A stretch of 64,000 nt of DNA. Source: Narcine bancroftii (taxonomy: Eukaryota). Below the pieces are notes generated by a model. That model searched no databases and had not been told where the DNA came from. It worked only from the letters and a program-made list of their open reading frames with translations. This document shows, one piece after another, positions 36,430-48,840 of the stretch. How positions within the stretch are numbered: the stretch's first letter is position 1; every line of letters begins with the position of its first letter. A program made the translations under genes and the position numbers. The stretch is from the NCBI RefSeq assembly GCF_036971445.1, contig NC_091470.1:247938001-248002000 (forward strand). Reading direction: 5' to 3'.

Positions 36430-39400
36430 GAATGTCTGCCAAGCTGCCTGTCTCCCCTCTGGCGAGCCTTGCTGTACTAATATTGGCTGTGCATTATCTC
36501 TACTGTTGAGGACACTCCCCTTGGGTATAACTGTATATGCACCTATTGTCTTTCATTATTGTACCATGAGTTTCTGCTAATAAAAGCCATGATTATTGTT
36601 TGACCACATCGTCTTTGTCTACTTCATCAACTGGCACTTCAATTTTATTCGCAGAAATGGATGCAGCACTCAAGCCAGAGCGGCTGATAATCGACACGTC
36701 GGCCCCGAGGGCCAGAGAAATTTTCAACCACTGGATTGCTTGTTTCGATTACTACAGGGCTTGAAACAACGTGGTCGATGAGGTGATACAGTGGGGCCAC
36801 CTGAACTCTCTGCTGGGTGAGGTCCCATTCACCGTAACGTAAGGAGCTATCACTCTGGCTATAGCCCAGGAACGTCAGACTGCTTACTACAGCGCCACGG
36901 AATGTGATGCTTGCTCGACACCAGGGAAAAGTGATGCTGCCTATGCACTGGCCCTCGATTCGCTTGCAAACGAATATGATGTCAAGGCAGTCATTGTGCA
37001 ACAACACCGCAATGCCTTGAAGCTGGATGCTTTTGTCAACGGGATTGACTCCAGTTACATCCGACAGAGGCTGCTGGAGACAGAGCCCTTAACCTAAGAC
37101 CGGGCAGTCACCCTAGCCAAAACACTGAGAAGTGCCACGCGGTCCAGTGAAATGCTAGAAACCGAAAAGGAAACATCCAGGAGTGCTGGAACCCCGAAGG
37201 AAAGAAGAGGACAAACTCCTGAAAAATGCTACTTCTGTGATAAGAGCTGGCACCCCAGACAGAAGTGCCTGGCTCAATTTGCTACCTGCAGCTATTGTGG
37301 GAAACTCGGCCACTTCGCTAAAGCATGTAAGGCGAAAAGTACTCCCACTGATAAGAAGAAGAAGAGAAGCACCAAGAAAATGCATCCTGGAGCTGCAGGA
37401 ATGGAAGACAACTGTGAAAAGGGGGAATCTTCAGATGAGCAGGCTGAATCGACTTTAAGGGATGGTGAGGTGAGATCCCCTGTGATAGCTCAATTGACTG
37501 CAAAGCTCGGGGAATGTTATGGACTGGAATGGTCGACTATGAAGGGGGAGGTGAATGGTGGGACTCTTTATTGTCTAATAGACTCGGGGAGTACTGACAG
37601 CTACATCCACGAGAAAGTTGCCAGAGCCTTAAATTTATGGAGATATCCAGCAAACCGAAAGATATCGATGGCTTGTAGTGAACTTACAAAAACTGTATGG
37701 GTCAAGTGTAAAGTTACTTTAAATTTGCAGGGACATTGCCTTGCTGATGTGTGGCTCTTTATTATGCCGGACCTCTGCACCCCTGTGTTACTGGGGTTAA
37801 ATATTCAATCTCAGATGAACAGTGTAATGTTAAATTTCGGTTGGCCACTGCCCACACTTACCATCCCCCGTGATAGTTACTGCGGTCTGTCCGCATTAAA
37901 GATCAAAGTTCCTTCCCTTTTCAGTGATTTATCCCATGTGTCAGCCGATTGCCACTAAGGATCGTGAGTTTATCAAAGCGGAGACCAGAGACTGCTTAAA
38001 GAGGGAGTAATTGAACCTAGTAAGAGTCCGTGGCGGGCCCAAGTGGTAGTCGTGAAAAATCACACTAAGAGACGACTGGCTATTGACTACAGCCAGACAA
38101 TCAACCGTTACACGAACCTGGATGCCTACCTCCCCCCCGCCACGCATCAACGAAATGATAAATCAGATAGCACAATACAAAGTGTACTCCACTATTGACC
38201 TCAAAGCAGCTTATCACCAAATCCCCATTAAGAAAAGGGAATGGCCCTATACGGCTTTTGAGGCTGATGGAGGGCATTATGCCAGTTTAAAAGGGTACCT
38301 TTTGGGGTCACTAATGGTGTGTCCATGTTTCAGAGGGAAATGGATCACATTGTTAGGATGTATGAGTTACAGGGTACGTTTCACTATCTGGGAAAACACA
38401 GGCTGAGAACGACAACAACTTAAAGAAATTTTTAGCAACAGCTAAAGAACTCAACCTTACATTTAACGAGGGCAAATGTGTGTTCAATGCAACAGAGCTA
38501 CCCATTCTGGGCTACATTGTCCACGAGGGCGAAATCCGCCCCGACCCGGAAAGAATGGTCCCCCTTAAGAAGTCACCACCTCCAAACTCAGCAAAAGCCC
38601 TTAAAAGGTGTAGGGGATTCTTTTCCTACTACTGCAAATGGGTTCGGGACTATGCCATGAAGGCACGCCCTCTGTTTGACACTAAATCTTTTCCTCTCTC
38701 TCCAATGGCCTTGAAGGTTTTCGAGAGATTTAAAACTGATATTGCCAAAGCTGCACTCTCATCCATTGACGAGGATGTCCCATTTCAAGTGGAAACTGAT
38801 GCCTCAGATTGTGCCTTGGCAGGAACCCTTAATCAAAAGGGCAGACCTCTGGCATTCTTCTCCCACACGTTACGTGGACCTGAACTTAAACATCCTGCCA
38901 TTGAAAAAAAAAACTCAGGCTATTATTGAAGCTGTTCACTACTGGAGACACTTTCAAGCCAGCAGAAAATTTACTCTTGTCACTGATCAGAAATCTGTAG
39001 CCTACATGTTCAATACTAAACACAAAAGTAAAATCAAGAATGATAAGATGGCACACTGGCGAATAGAACTATCAACTTCTAATTATGAGATCCAGTATAG
39101 ACCTGACAGGTTAAATGATCCCTCTGACGCATTGTCACAATCTGCTGCTGGTGCTCAACTGGAGAGGCTAAAAGAGATCCATAGCAGACTGTGCCACCCA
39201 GGAGTCATGAGATTCTTCCACTACATAAGGGCTAACAAACTTCCTTACTGTCTGGAACAAGTCAGGAAGCTGACTAAAAGCTGTCCCGTTTGCGCAGAAT
39301 GCAAACCTCAATACTTCAAAGCTCCAGAGGCCACTCTCGTCAAGGCAACCCGACCTTTTGAGAGGATTAGCTTAGATTTTAAAGGACCGTTTCCTTCCAA

Positions 39401-40479
39401 CAAGAAGAATGTATATTTCCTTACTGTAATTGACAAATATTCCAAGTTTCCCTTTGCAATACCCTGCCCTGATGTCTCGTTAGCGTCTGTCATTCAGTCA
39501 CTTGACAGAATTTTCAGCAATTTTTGGTTTTCCCAATTACATTCATACCGATAGGGGCTCAGCATTCATGAGTGCTGAACTGCGGTGAGCCCTGCTATGG
39601 AAGGGGATTGCCAGCAGCCGTACCACAAGCTCCAACCTGCAGGGCAATGGGCAGGTCGAAAGGGCTAATGCTACAGTCTGGAAGACTGCTTTAAAAACAC
39701 GTGGTTATCCTCTTACCCGGTAGCAGGAGATGCTGGCCGGGGCGCTACATTCTATTCGGTCTTTATTGTCTACTGCAACAAATCAAACACCTCATAATCG
39801 TATGTTTGCCTTTCCTAGGAAATCAGGAACTGTGATGGACTGGCCAGCCTGTTAATCTGAGCCTCGAACCGTGCTGCTGAAGAGCCATGCTCGGGCGCAT
39901 AAAACAGACACAACCCAGTCCAACCAGTTCAGCTACTGCATACTAACCCCAACTACGCGCATGTTAAATTCCCAGACAGGAGTACTGACACTGTACCCCT
40001 AAGAGATCTGGCCTTGCCTGGTTCACCCCTTCCTCGCACCCCTACTCAGACTGAGCCTGAGAGGTTGGACTCACCCCCCCCCCCCAAGCCTGTGAACCCT
40101 AATAAGCTTTCAGATGGCCATGCTGAGGCTCCACTGCCTCACGCTGGTGATTCTGGAGCGGGTCCAGAAGTCAATCCTTCCCACACTACAGACCCAGGGA
40201 TTCTACCAGTTCCCAAGGTCGCAAAGGAGCCACCTGTTTTGAGAAGCACCAGAATTCGTAAACAACCTGATAGGCTGACATATTCATAAAACATCTCATT
40301 ATATTTCGATTGCTTGCTAGATACTGGCGTATTTTGGCTGTTAGAGTATTCTCAACCTCTTGGGTATAACTGTGTATGCACCTATTGTCTTTCATTATTG
40401 TACCATGAGTTTCTGTAATAAAAAACATGATTATTGTTTGACCACATCGTCTTTGTCTACTTCATCAACTGGCACTTCA
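36430..40479 (+). mobile_element. Mag-like Ty3/Gypsy LTR retrotransposon, frameshifted (gag-PR-RT-RH-IN)
   Basis: gag ATG at 36657 (MDAALKPERL); twin knuckles CYFCDKSWHPRQKC..CSYCGKLGHFAKAC; protease LIDSGS; RT IDLKAAYHQI; RNase H ETDASD and TDQKS; integrase H..LCHPG..CPVCAEC and LDFKGP. LTR 3' parts match at 36520-36641 and 40359-40479. Left boundary uncertain. Confidence 0.9.
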
Positions 40480-41829
40480 TATAAGTTATATACAAAATAG
40501 TAAATCACTATTATTCATTAAACATTAAAATATTCCATAAAAGTGTGCCACATTTTATTAAACTGAACTTCCGTTTCTAATCTTCTCACGGTTCAAGCAT
40601 GATAAGGTTTGGGTCATCCATTGTGCAAATTGGAAGGATTAGAGTCCTTCCATCTTAGCAAAAATACATCTTCTAGCCCATTAAAGTGGCAAAAGCTATC
40701 ACATGGCAGTTCAACACCGATAATTGACCTCTATCACCACACCAAATAAAGCTGTAATTGAATGAGGTTGAATAGTAACTGAGAAAATACTGGAAATTGC
40801 GTTAAAAATTGCCTTCCAATAGTGATCTAATGATGAAAAGGGCCAAAATATATGAAGTAAGGAAGCAGTCCGATTACAAAATCTGTCACAGGATAATAGG
40901 AAAAATCTTAGCTAACTTATCTTTGGATAAATGTGCTCTATGACCAACCTTGAATTGAATAAATGAATGACGTGCACAAATGTAAGAGGAGTGGACTAAT
41001 TTTAAACACTTGGTCCATATATTGTTTGAAAGAATAGTTTGTAAGTCACTCTCCCAAGTACTCTTAATTTTATTAATAGAAATACAATATATTTATCCAT
41101 TAATGAATCCTATTAAACCGTTTGGTCAAGTCAATATAATCACTATCATGGGAGAACAGAAAAGTAGTAACTTGGTTTCTCAGAAAATCTCTAACCTGTA
41201 AATATCTGAAAAAAAAATGGAAATTAGGGAGATTAAATCTTTGTGACAAATGTTCAAAGGTCATAAAACTGTTGCCGACAAATAAGTAAAAAATTAGGTG
41301 ATACCCTTTTCTCTCCATTTACGAAAAACACAATCAAGACAAGATGGAGGAAAAAGAAATTATTAATAATCGGAGCAGAGAAAGAAATTTTTTTTCGTTA
41401 AAAACAAATTTGAAATCAAATTTGTAATGAATTTTTGACTACCGAACTGCCTATTAATTTATTCACCTTTACCTAAGAAAACGGAAGGGGAGCACCAAGT
41501 AGTATTGCCAGAGAAAATTTGTTAAAACCTTTCAGCTCCATGATGTCCAACCTGGGCAGTCTGATTTATCTATCTAATGAATCCAGAAAATAATATTAAT
41601 AGCCCAATAATAATGTCTCAGGCAAAGCAAAGCCCACATATATTTTTGATTTTTGTAAATTAGATTTATTAAACCTTTGATTAAACCATTTTGATTATGT
41701 TAATTTGACCAACAAATGACATAGAGAGGGAGGAACCATTTAGATAAGCTAGAGTCTTTATCATTGTCTCTCTTCTGTTCAAAGTTTCATTTTTCCCCAT
41801 TTTCCTTGACGTTGTTGATATCAGGCTGA

Positions 41830-44800
41830 AGAAATGTAACAGGAACAAGAAGTAACTACTGTCAAGTCTATTCCACCATTCACTATTATGATGTCTGATT
41901 TACCCAGGTCAGCAACATATCTTTTGCAAAAAATTCCCACATCCAGAATTTCCCTGATCTTTCAAAAGTTGATCTAACTCCACCTCTAATGGCTTAATCT
42001 CCCCACACCTCTGGGGTAGAGAACACAATTTTCACCACATTTTGCGAGGCGAAATGGTTATGCATGTTGCTTTTAAGTAACCGGCCACTAATCTCTTAAC
42101 CATGTTCCTTGTTTAGAGACTCTCCCACTAGTGAACACATCTCAACATCTACCCCTTTGCATCTTATAATGTTCAATAATATCTCCCCTTCCCCTTCTAA
42201 ACTCCAAGGGAAATAAATGATTCTAGACTAGCTTCTCTTGATGGGACAATTCCCTCATACCAGGAATTAGTCTTATGGATCTCTTTTAAGCCTTTTTATC
42301 TCTGGCATCCCAGTTAATTTGCCATGCAGTGTGTTACAAGATCAAACCAGCAACCACAAAGAAGACATATCACAGGGGAAGATGAACAATTACTTTATTA
42401 ACAAAAATTCGCCTTCAAACTTTAATTCAAAATCCCCCCTTTTATAATAATGCCCACTGGTTACTATGCAAATTTCTATAGCAATATAAAACAAATAAAT
42501 TCCCCAGCCTAAATATAGCATATGTAATTAAAGTCTAAGTTATATTTCCAACCAGCCCACAGAAAAACTTAGACACGAAACAAACACAAAACACACAACA
42601 CACAAGACTCACAAAACTTCAATCTCAACCAAAGCAAAGATCATAAACAAAATTCAGTTTGTTTGGTAAACTGAAGCCAAAAGATCTTTGAGAGAGAGAG
42701 AGCACAAAATTCAAAGTTGTCTTCTTGTGTTGCTTGCAGAGAGAAGAACAATGGCTTAGCACAGATCCTTCTGGCTTCCTTTGGAATGTTCATCCCTTTT
42801 AAAATGCCCAACATTCTAAACTGCCTCCCAGACAATGACTCTGCTTGGGCCTCCTTCCACTTCACAGCCATACCCAGTGGTAGTTTGTCATCCAAGTCCA
42901 GAAATATCTAGATCATCTTCTGCACATGCCCAGTCCATCTCCCACTCTTTCAGCAGTGCACCTTCACCTTCACTCTCTAAAGCAAACTGTCACTTTCCAA
43001 CACAAAACCACACAACACAGAACTCTGTAACACTTACCCTGCTAAAAAAAATTTGGTCCACAAGAACAATTTTTTAATTAATGGAAGAATTACATAAAAT
43101 AAAATGAAAACTCCATCTTTTACAGTAAGGATGTGATTAGATTCATATCTACCCAGATTAACATCTTGACAAACAATCTGCTATTACATTATCCATTCCC
43201 TTCATACTCTTGTAAATTAAGCTCCAGTTCAATGACCGTCTGTTCTTATTTTTTCATATTAGTCAGAAAAGCTAATGGATTATGATCAGTATATGTTATT
43301 AACGGTTTTTGAGCAGTACAAATATACACATCAAAATGTTGCAACGCTAAAACAAGCACTATTAACTCCTCAGTGGTTGAATAATTTTGTTGATGGTTGT
43401 TAAACTTTTTCAAGAAGTAAGATATAGGATGTTCTACTCCATCACCATCCTTCTTCTGTAACAGTACAGCACCAACCGCTTCATCACTGGCGTCCACGGC
43501 TAAAGAGAATGGCTTTTCAAAGTTAGGGGACACAATTAAGGGCTGATGGCATAAAATGGCCTTTAACTTCAGAATTGCTTCCTGGCATGCATCTGACCAG
43601 ATAAATTTTTCTTTCTTTACAAGTAGTTTTGTTAATGGGATATTTGCAAAATCTACAATAGTAGCCAATCATACCTAGAAATCTCCGAGGAGCTTTTTTA
43701 TTACCGGGGATAGGAAACACAGTGATAGCCAATACTTTTGCTCCAACCAGTGCCACCTGTCCCTGTCATACCACATAACCCAGTTAAATTACAGTGGCAT
43801 GTCCAAACTCAATCTTGAGTAAATTCACTTTGAGGTGTGCTTCCACCAGTCTCTGAAATAATTGCTCTAATTCAAGCATGTGTTCTTCCCATGTATCCAT
43901 ACTAATTATTAAATAATCGATATAGGTTCATTCCTGTGTACTCTAAACCCTGAATTATTGCATTAATCATTCTCTGAAATGTGTCAGGTGCATTTTTCAT
44001 CCCGAAAGGCATAACATTATACTCATGCAATCCCGAAGGTGTAACAAATGCAGAAATCTCCCTGCCTTTCTCTGTCAAAGGAACACACCAGTATCCTTTT
44101 AAGAGATCAATCTTTGTAAGAAATTTAGCCTTCCCCACCTTATCTATACAATCATCTATTTTGGGGATAAGGAACACATCAGTCTTTGTCACCATGTTTA
44201 CCTTTTGATAATCTGTACAAAACCTAATTGAGCCATCTGGCTTAGGCACCAGAACACAGGGTGAACTCCAATTGGAACTTGATTTTCAGATAATCTCATT
44301 TTTGAGCATATAATCCACCTCTTGATCCAGCAATCTGCTCTTTTCCTGATTAACTCGGTAAGGATGCTGCTTAATAGGCTTAGCATCACCGACCTCCACA
44401 TCATGACAAGCCACAGTAGTTCTTCTAGGAACATTGGGAATATATCCTTAAATTTCATAAGTAATGTCTTAATTTCTTCCGTTTCTGATTTAGTCAAATG
44501 CATTAACTTGGATTCTAAGTTTTGCAAAACTATAGAATTTTCCAGCCTGGGGCTCCATGACCTTCCACAAAAATTATCTCCTCCTTACTTTCCTCTATAA
44601 CTAGCACCTTGGTTGGAATCCTAGTCTCCTCCTCAGTCATTTTCTCAAAGTAAGGTTTAAGCATGTTCACGTGACAGACCTGTGTCTCTCTTCGACAATC
44701 AGGCATCTCTCTTCGACAATCAGGCATCTCAATGACATGGGTGACCTGGTTAATTTTTGATTTCACCTTATATGGTTCTGAAAACTGAGCTCTCAAAGGG

Positions 44801-47800
44801 TTTGACTGCTTTGGGAACAAAACGAATACTTTGTCACCAGGTTTAATGTCCCTAATTTTTGCTTTTTGATCGTACCGACTGAATTTTCATTTTTTCCTGA
44901 GCAGTTTTTAAATTTTTCCTTGCCATTTCGCAAGCCTGATGTAATCTGTTTTTAAATTTGAAAACATAATCGAAAAGATTTGATTTTATATCATTATGTA
45001 TCCACTGTTCCTTCAACAATAGTAAAGGACCCCTGACTTCATGACCAAACACCAACTTAAATGGACTAAAGCCAAGAGACTTCTGAGTTGCCTCTCTTAA
45101 CAGCAAACAATAACAAATGGATTCCTTCATCCCAATCCTTTTTATTTTCCACACAATAAGCCCTCATCATATTTTTCATAGTTAAATGGAACCTTTCCAA
45201 GGCCCCTTGACTTTCAGGATGATAGGCAGATGACACAATTTGATGGGCATACACCACCTGTTGAAATATTCCAGACATAAAATTACTCCCTTGGTCTGAT
45301 TGAATTTACATTGGTAGACCAAACAGTGTGAAAAATGTTAGCATAGCCTTCACAATCGTCTTCACTTTAATGTTTCTCAAGGGAATAGCCTCTGGAAACC
45401 TTGAAGCTGTGCACATGAGTGTTAACAAATATTCATTTCCCACTTTGGTTTTTGGCAATGGGCCAACACAATCCACTATCATTTTTGAGAAGGGCTCCCC
45501 GAAAACAGGGATGGGTTGTAAAGGTGCCATTAGTGGTCCTTGATTAGGTGCCATTAGTGGTCCAGTTGACAAGTGTGACAGGTTCTACAGAAGTTCACAA
45601 CATCCTTTCTTAATTTCAGCCAATAAAACTTTCCTTATCTTTTCTACCGTCTTCTTCACTCCAAAGTGACCTCCCAAAGGCGTACTATGAGCCAACTTTA
45701 ATATTTCATTCCTGTAAGTTTTTGGAATTTCAACTTTCCTTATTACTGCCCAGTTTTCACTGCCAGGTATCACTTGTGGTCTCCACTTTCTCATCAGTAT
45801 TCCATCCTGAACAAAGTAACCTACTGGCACAGTTTCAATTTCCTGGTTAGACAGAATCTTATCTCTTATCCCAGCAAGATCAGGATCATGCTTTTGTCCA
45901 GCTATTAATTCTTCTCTTGACAACAGCAAAGCTGGATCCTTATGTTTGTCCTCAATGCTTGTCTCCACTACAGGATCATCACAGACTTTCTCTACCTCTA
46001 CCTTTTTTCTAGACATGGCTCTAGTAATGGCACATGCAGGGTAGATTTCCAAATCCTTTTTGGACTCATAAACAAATGACTTACTTGTGAATTTCACCAC
46101 AGGTATGACTTTACCCTCTGCTGAATCATTTCCTAACAAAAGAGAAACTCCATCCACTGGCAGACTTTATCTTATCCCTATCGTAACCAGGCCATTAACT
46201 AGGTCTGATTTCATCACTATTCTATACAAAGGTATAGGCTCTGCTTCACCACCAATGTCTTTAATTAAATTCACATCTCCAGTATTGGTCTCCTCACCAA
46301 AATTCAAAACATTGCTTAATACAAGCGATTGGGCTGCTCCAGTATCCTGCAGGATTTTAACTGGCACTTGATTGGATCCTTCTTTAACTAAAATGAAACC
46401 TTCAGTCTTGAATGGTTTTAAAGTATCCTTAACTTTCTCACTCTAAACTCAGGCAGTTGGTGCCACCCCTTTCTCTTTCTTCCTTTTCAGTACAGGACAA
46501 TTTGCTATTGTGTCCCCTGCCTTCTTACAATAGTGGCAAATAACACTCAAAAATTTTTCCTTCACTTATTTCTCTTCATCTCTTCCTTACTTCTAGATTT
46601 TCTTTCTACTCTACTTGGATTATCAGCAGTATTCCTTTGAAAGGTTTTTCCCTGGTGTCCACTTAGACTCGTGGGTTAAAGCATATTCCTCTGCGAATTT
46701 AGCAATTTCTTGCCAAGTTTTTTTTAATATTTTTCTCTGCCAAGTACACTTGAATAAATATCATCAGGAACACAATTTTTAATCTCATTCAGAATTATTT
46801 CCCTCAATAAATCAAAGTTATTTTCTACTTTAATTGCGGCACACCACCGATCAAAACACACAACCTTCCTGTAAGCAGAATCCAGGTAAGATTAGGTTGT
46901 TGCTTTTTTTAAACTCCTGAACTTTTGTCTACAAGTCTCTGGGCTTCTTAAGATCGAAGTATAGCCTGCTTTCCAAATTCGTAATCAGCTGCTTGTACCG
47001 AGAGACACGAATACACCTGTTGGGCTTTCCCTTTAAGAACACTTTGTAGCAGAAGTGGCCATTGGTCTGGTGGCCATTTTAAATTTACAACTACTTTCTT
47101 AAAATGCTGAAAATACAGATCTATTTCAGCTTCCTCAAATGGAGGAACTAACCTCACTTCTCTACTGACCAGAAACCTCTCCTCCTGACCAGCACGTGGG
47201 TTTTGGGCTTCTCCCTCTCCTTGGGTTAGGGTCAGCTTTAATTTAGCTAGTTCTAGCTCATGCTTCCATTCTTTCTCTCTTTCCTCCCTTGCGGCTGCCC
47301 TTTCCTCCATTTCTGCCTGCCTTACTGCCTCCCGTTCGGCTTTCCTTTCTGCCTCTCTTTTTTCCTCTAACACTAGTTTTCTCAAAGCCAACTTTACTTC
47401 TTCTGAAGTTTTCTCCTTGGGAAACTGCTCTAATGCAGCTTCTTCAAATACCCCCTTTCCTACATAATGCTTAACAATCTTTTGGGCAATTTCCTTTATT
47501 TTCAACCCAGATCTTACTGAAAGAAGTTTTAACTTGCCAACTATAACCATCAGTTCTGACGTTTTAGCCATTTTTAAATTAACCACTGAAGGGTTAGCTA
47601 TGAAATGGTCAATATTCATAATTGCTAGTTTTTCTGCTGGTGATTTATACACTCACCGTTTATTTTTCATTTCAAGCTGGAGCTTGAGTCAAACTCAGAT
47701 GACTGATAACTAAGCACAAGTCAATCGCCCCTAAAGCTTCCAAATTGGTTTGATCCCAGACGATGACCCCAAATTATGTTACAAGATCAACCACAAAGAA

Positions 47801-48840
47801 GGCATATCACACAGGGGTAAAAATGAACAATTACCTTATTAACAAAAATTCACCTTCAAACTTTAATTCAAAATCCCTTTTATAATAATGCCCACTGGTT
47901 ACTATGCAAATTTCTATAGCAGTATAAAACAAATAAATTCCCCAGCCTAAATATAACGTATGTAATTAAAGTCTAAGTTATATTTCCAACCAGCCCACAG
48001 AAAAACTTAGACACGAAACAAACACAAAACAGAGAAGAATCACAAAACTTCGATCTCAAGTGAAGCAAAGATCATAAACAAAATTCAGTTTGTTTGGTAA
48101 ACTGAAGCCAAAAGATCTTTGAGAGAGAGAGAGAGAGAGAGAGAGAGCGGGAGAGAGCACAAAATTCGAAGAGAGAGGAACAATGGCTTAGACCGGATCC
48201 TTCTGGCTGCCTTTGGAATGTTCATCCCTTTTAAAATGCCCAACATTCTAAACTGCCTCCCAGACAATGACTCTGCTTGGGCCTCCTTCCACTTCACAGC
48301 CACACCCAGTGGTGGTTTGTCTTCCAAGTCCAGAAATTTCTAGATCATCTGCACATGCCCAGTCTGTCTCCCACTCTCTCAGCAGTTCACCTTCACCTTG
48401 GCACTCTAAGGCAAACTGTCACTTTCCAACACAAAACCACACAACACATAGGCCAATACACAACACAGAAGTCTGTAACAAGTGTCCCAGGATAGGAAGC
48501 CATATCCTTTCTGAAGTAAGGGGATCAAAATTGCACAGTACGCTATGTGTGGGATCAGCAACACCCCATACAATCATTACAAATTTAACTACTTCTACAC
48601 TCCAAATTTTGCAATAAATACCCAATATGCTGGTCTGCTTAAATATAACTGCACCTGTCTGCTGCCTTTTTTGTGATTGCAAGGACTTGCACTAACCTCA
48701 CCTGTGAGAAGGTGAACCATGATATTGTCACTCTGCTGTTTACTTTTTCTAGTTAGCAAATAGTAGCCATGCCTAGGTTTGCATTTGATCCTTAAGCTTT
48801 TTGTCTGATCAGCATGCTGGATTGGAAACATGATGAACTG
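41830..48840 (-). mobile_element. Degraded CR1 LINE (41830-42331 and 48481-48840) split by the Gmr1-like element
   Basis: CR1 3' phrases (ctctggggtagaga; cttctaaactcca) on the left; aactgcacctgt..aaggacttgcactaac on the right. Confidence 0.6.
42332..48480 (-). mobile_element. Gmr1-like Gypsy LTR retrotransposon (gag-PR-IN-RT-RH), full-length but frameshifted
   Basis: ~700-bp LTRs 42332-43032 and 47777-48480 (TGTTACA...TGTAACA); TSD AGTG (42328-42331, 48481-48484); degenerate tRNA-Pro-type PBS (TGGGGTCATCGTCTGGGAT, minus, ~47753-47771). gag VRLVPPFEE..YFQHF (46948-47652); protease LQDTGA (46167-46367); integrase GGHFG, VDCVGP, YHPESQGALER (~44530-45750); RT KIDLLKGYW (43902-44249); RNase H AVDASD..YTDHNPL (43246-43668). 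Confidence 0.95.

Larger units (their letters stand above)
35840..41700 (-). mobile_element. 5'-truncated L1/Tx1-clade LINE (ORF2 C-terminal part and 3'UTR), interrupted by the Gypsy element
   Basis: FEHLSQRFNLPNFHFFFRYLQVRDF (41100-41318); T-rich tail with minus-strand AATAAA at ~35865. Confidence 0.7.

Noticed and set aside
46948-47652. 234-aa gag ORF as a domesticated gene
   Set aside because: It lies within an intact LTR-bounded element and is frameshifted downstream; no evidence of selection.
42641-48617. Paired similar ORFs (42641-42895 and 48085-48327, etc.) suggesting duplicated genes
   Set aside because: Chance frames within the two LTR copies.
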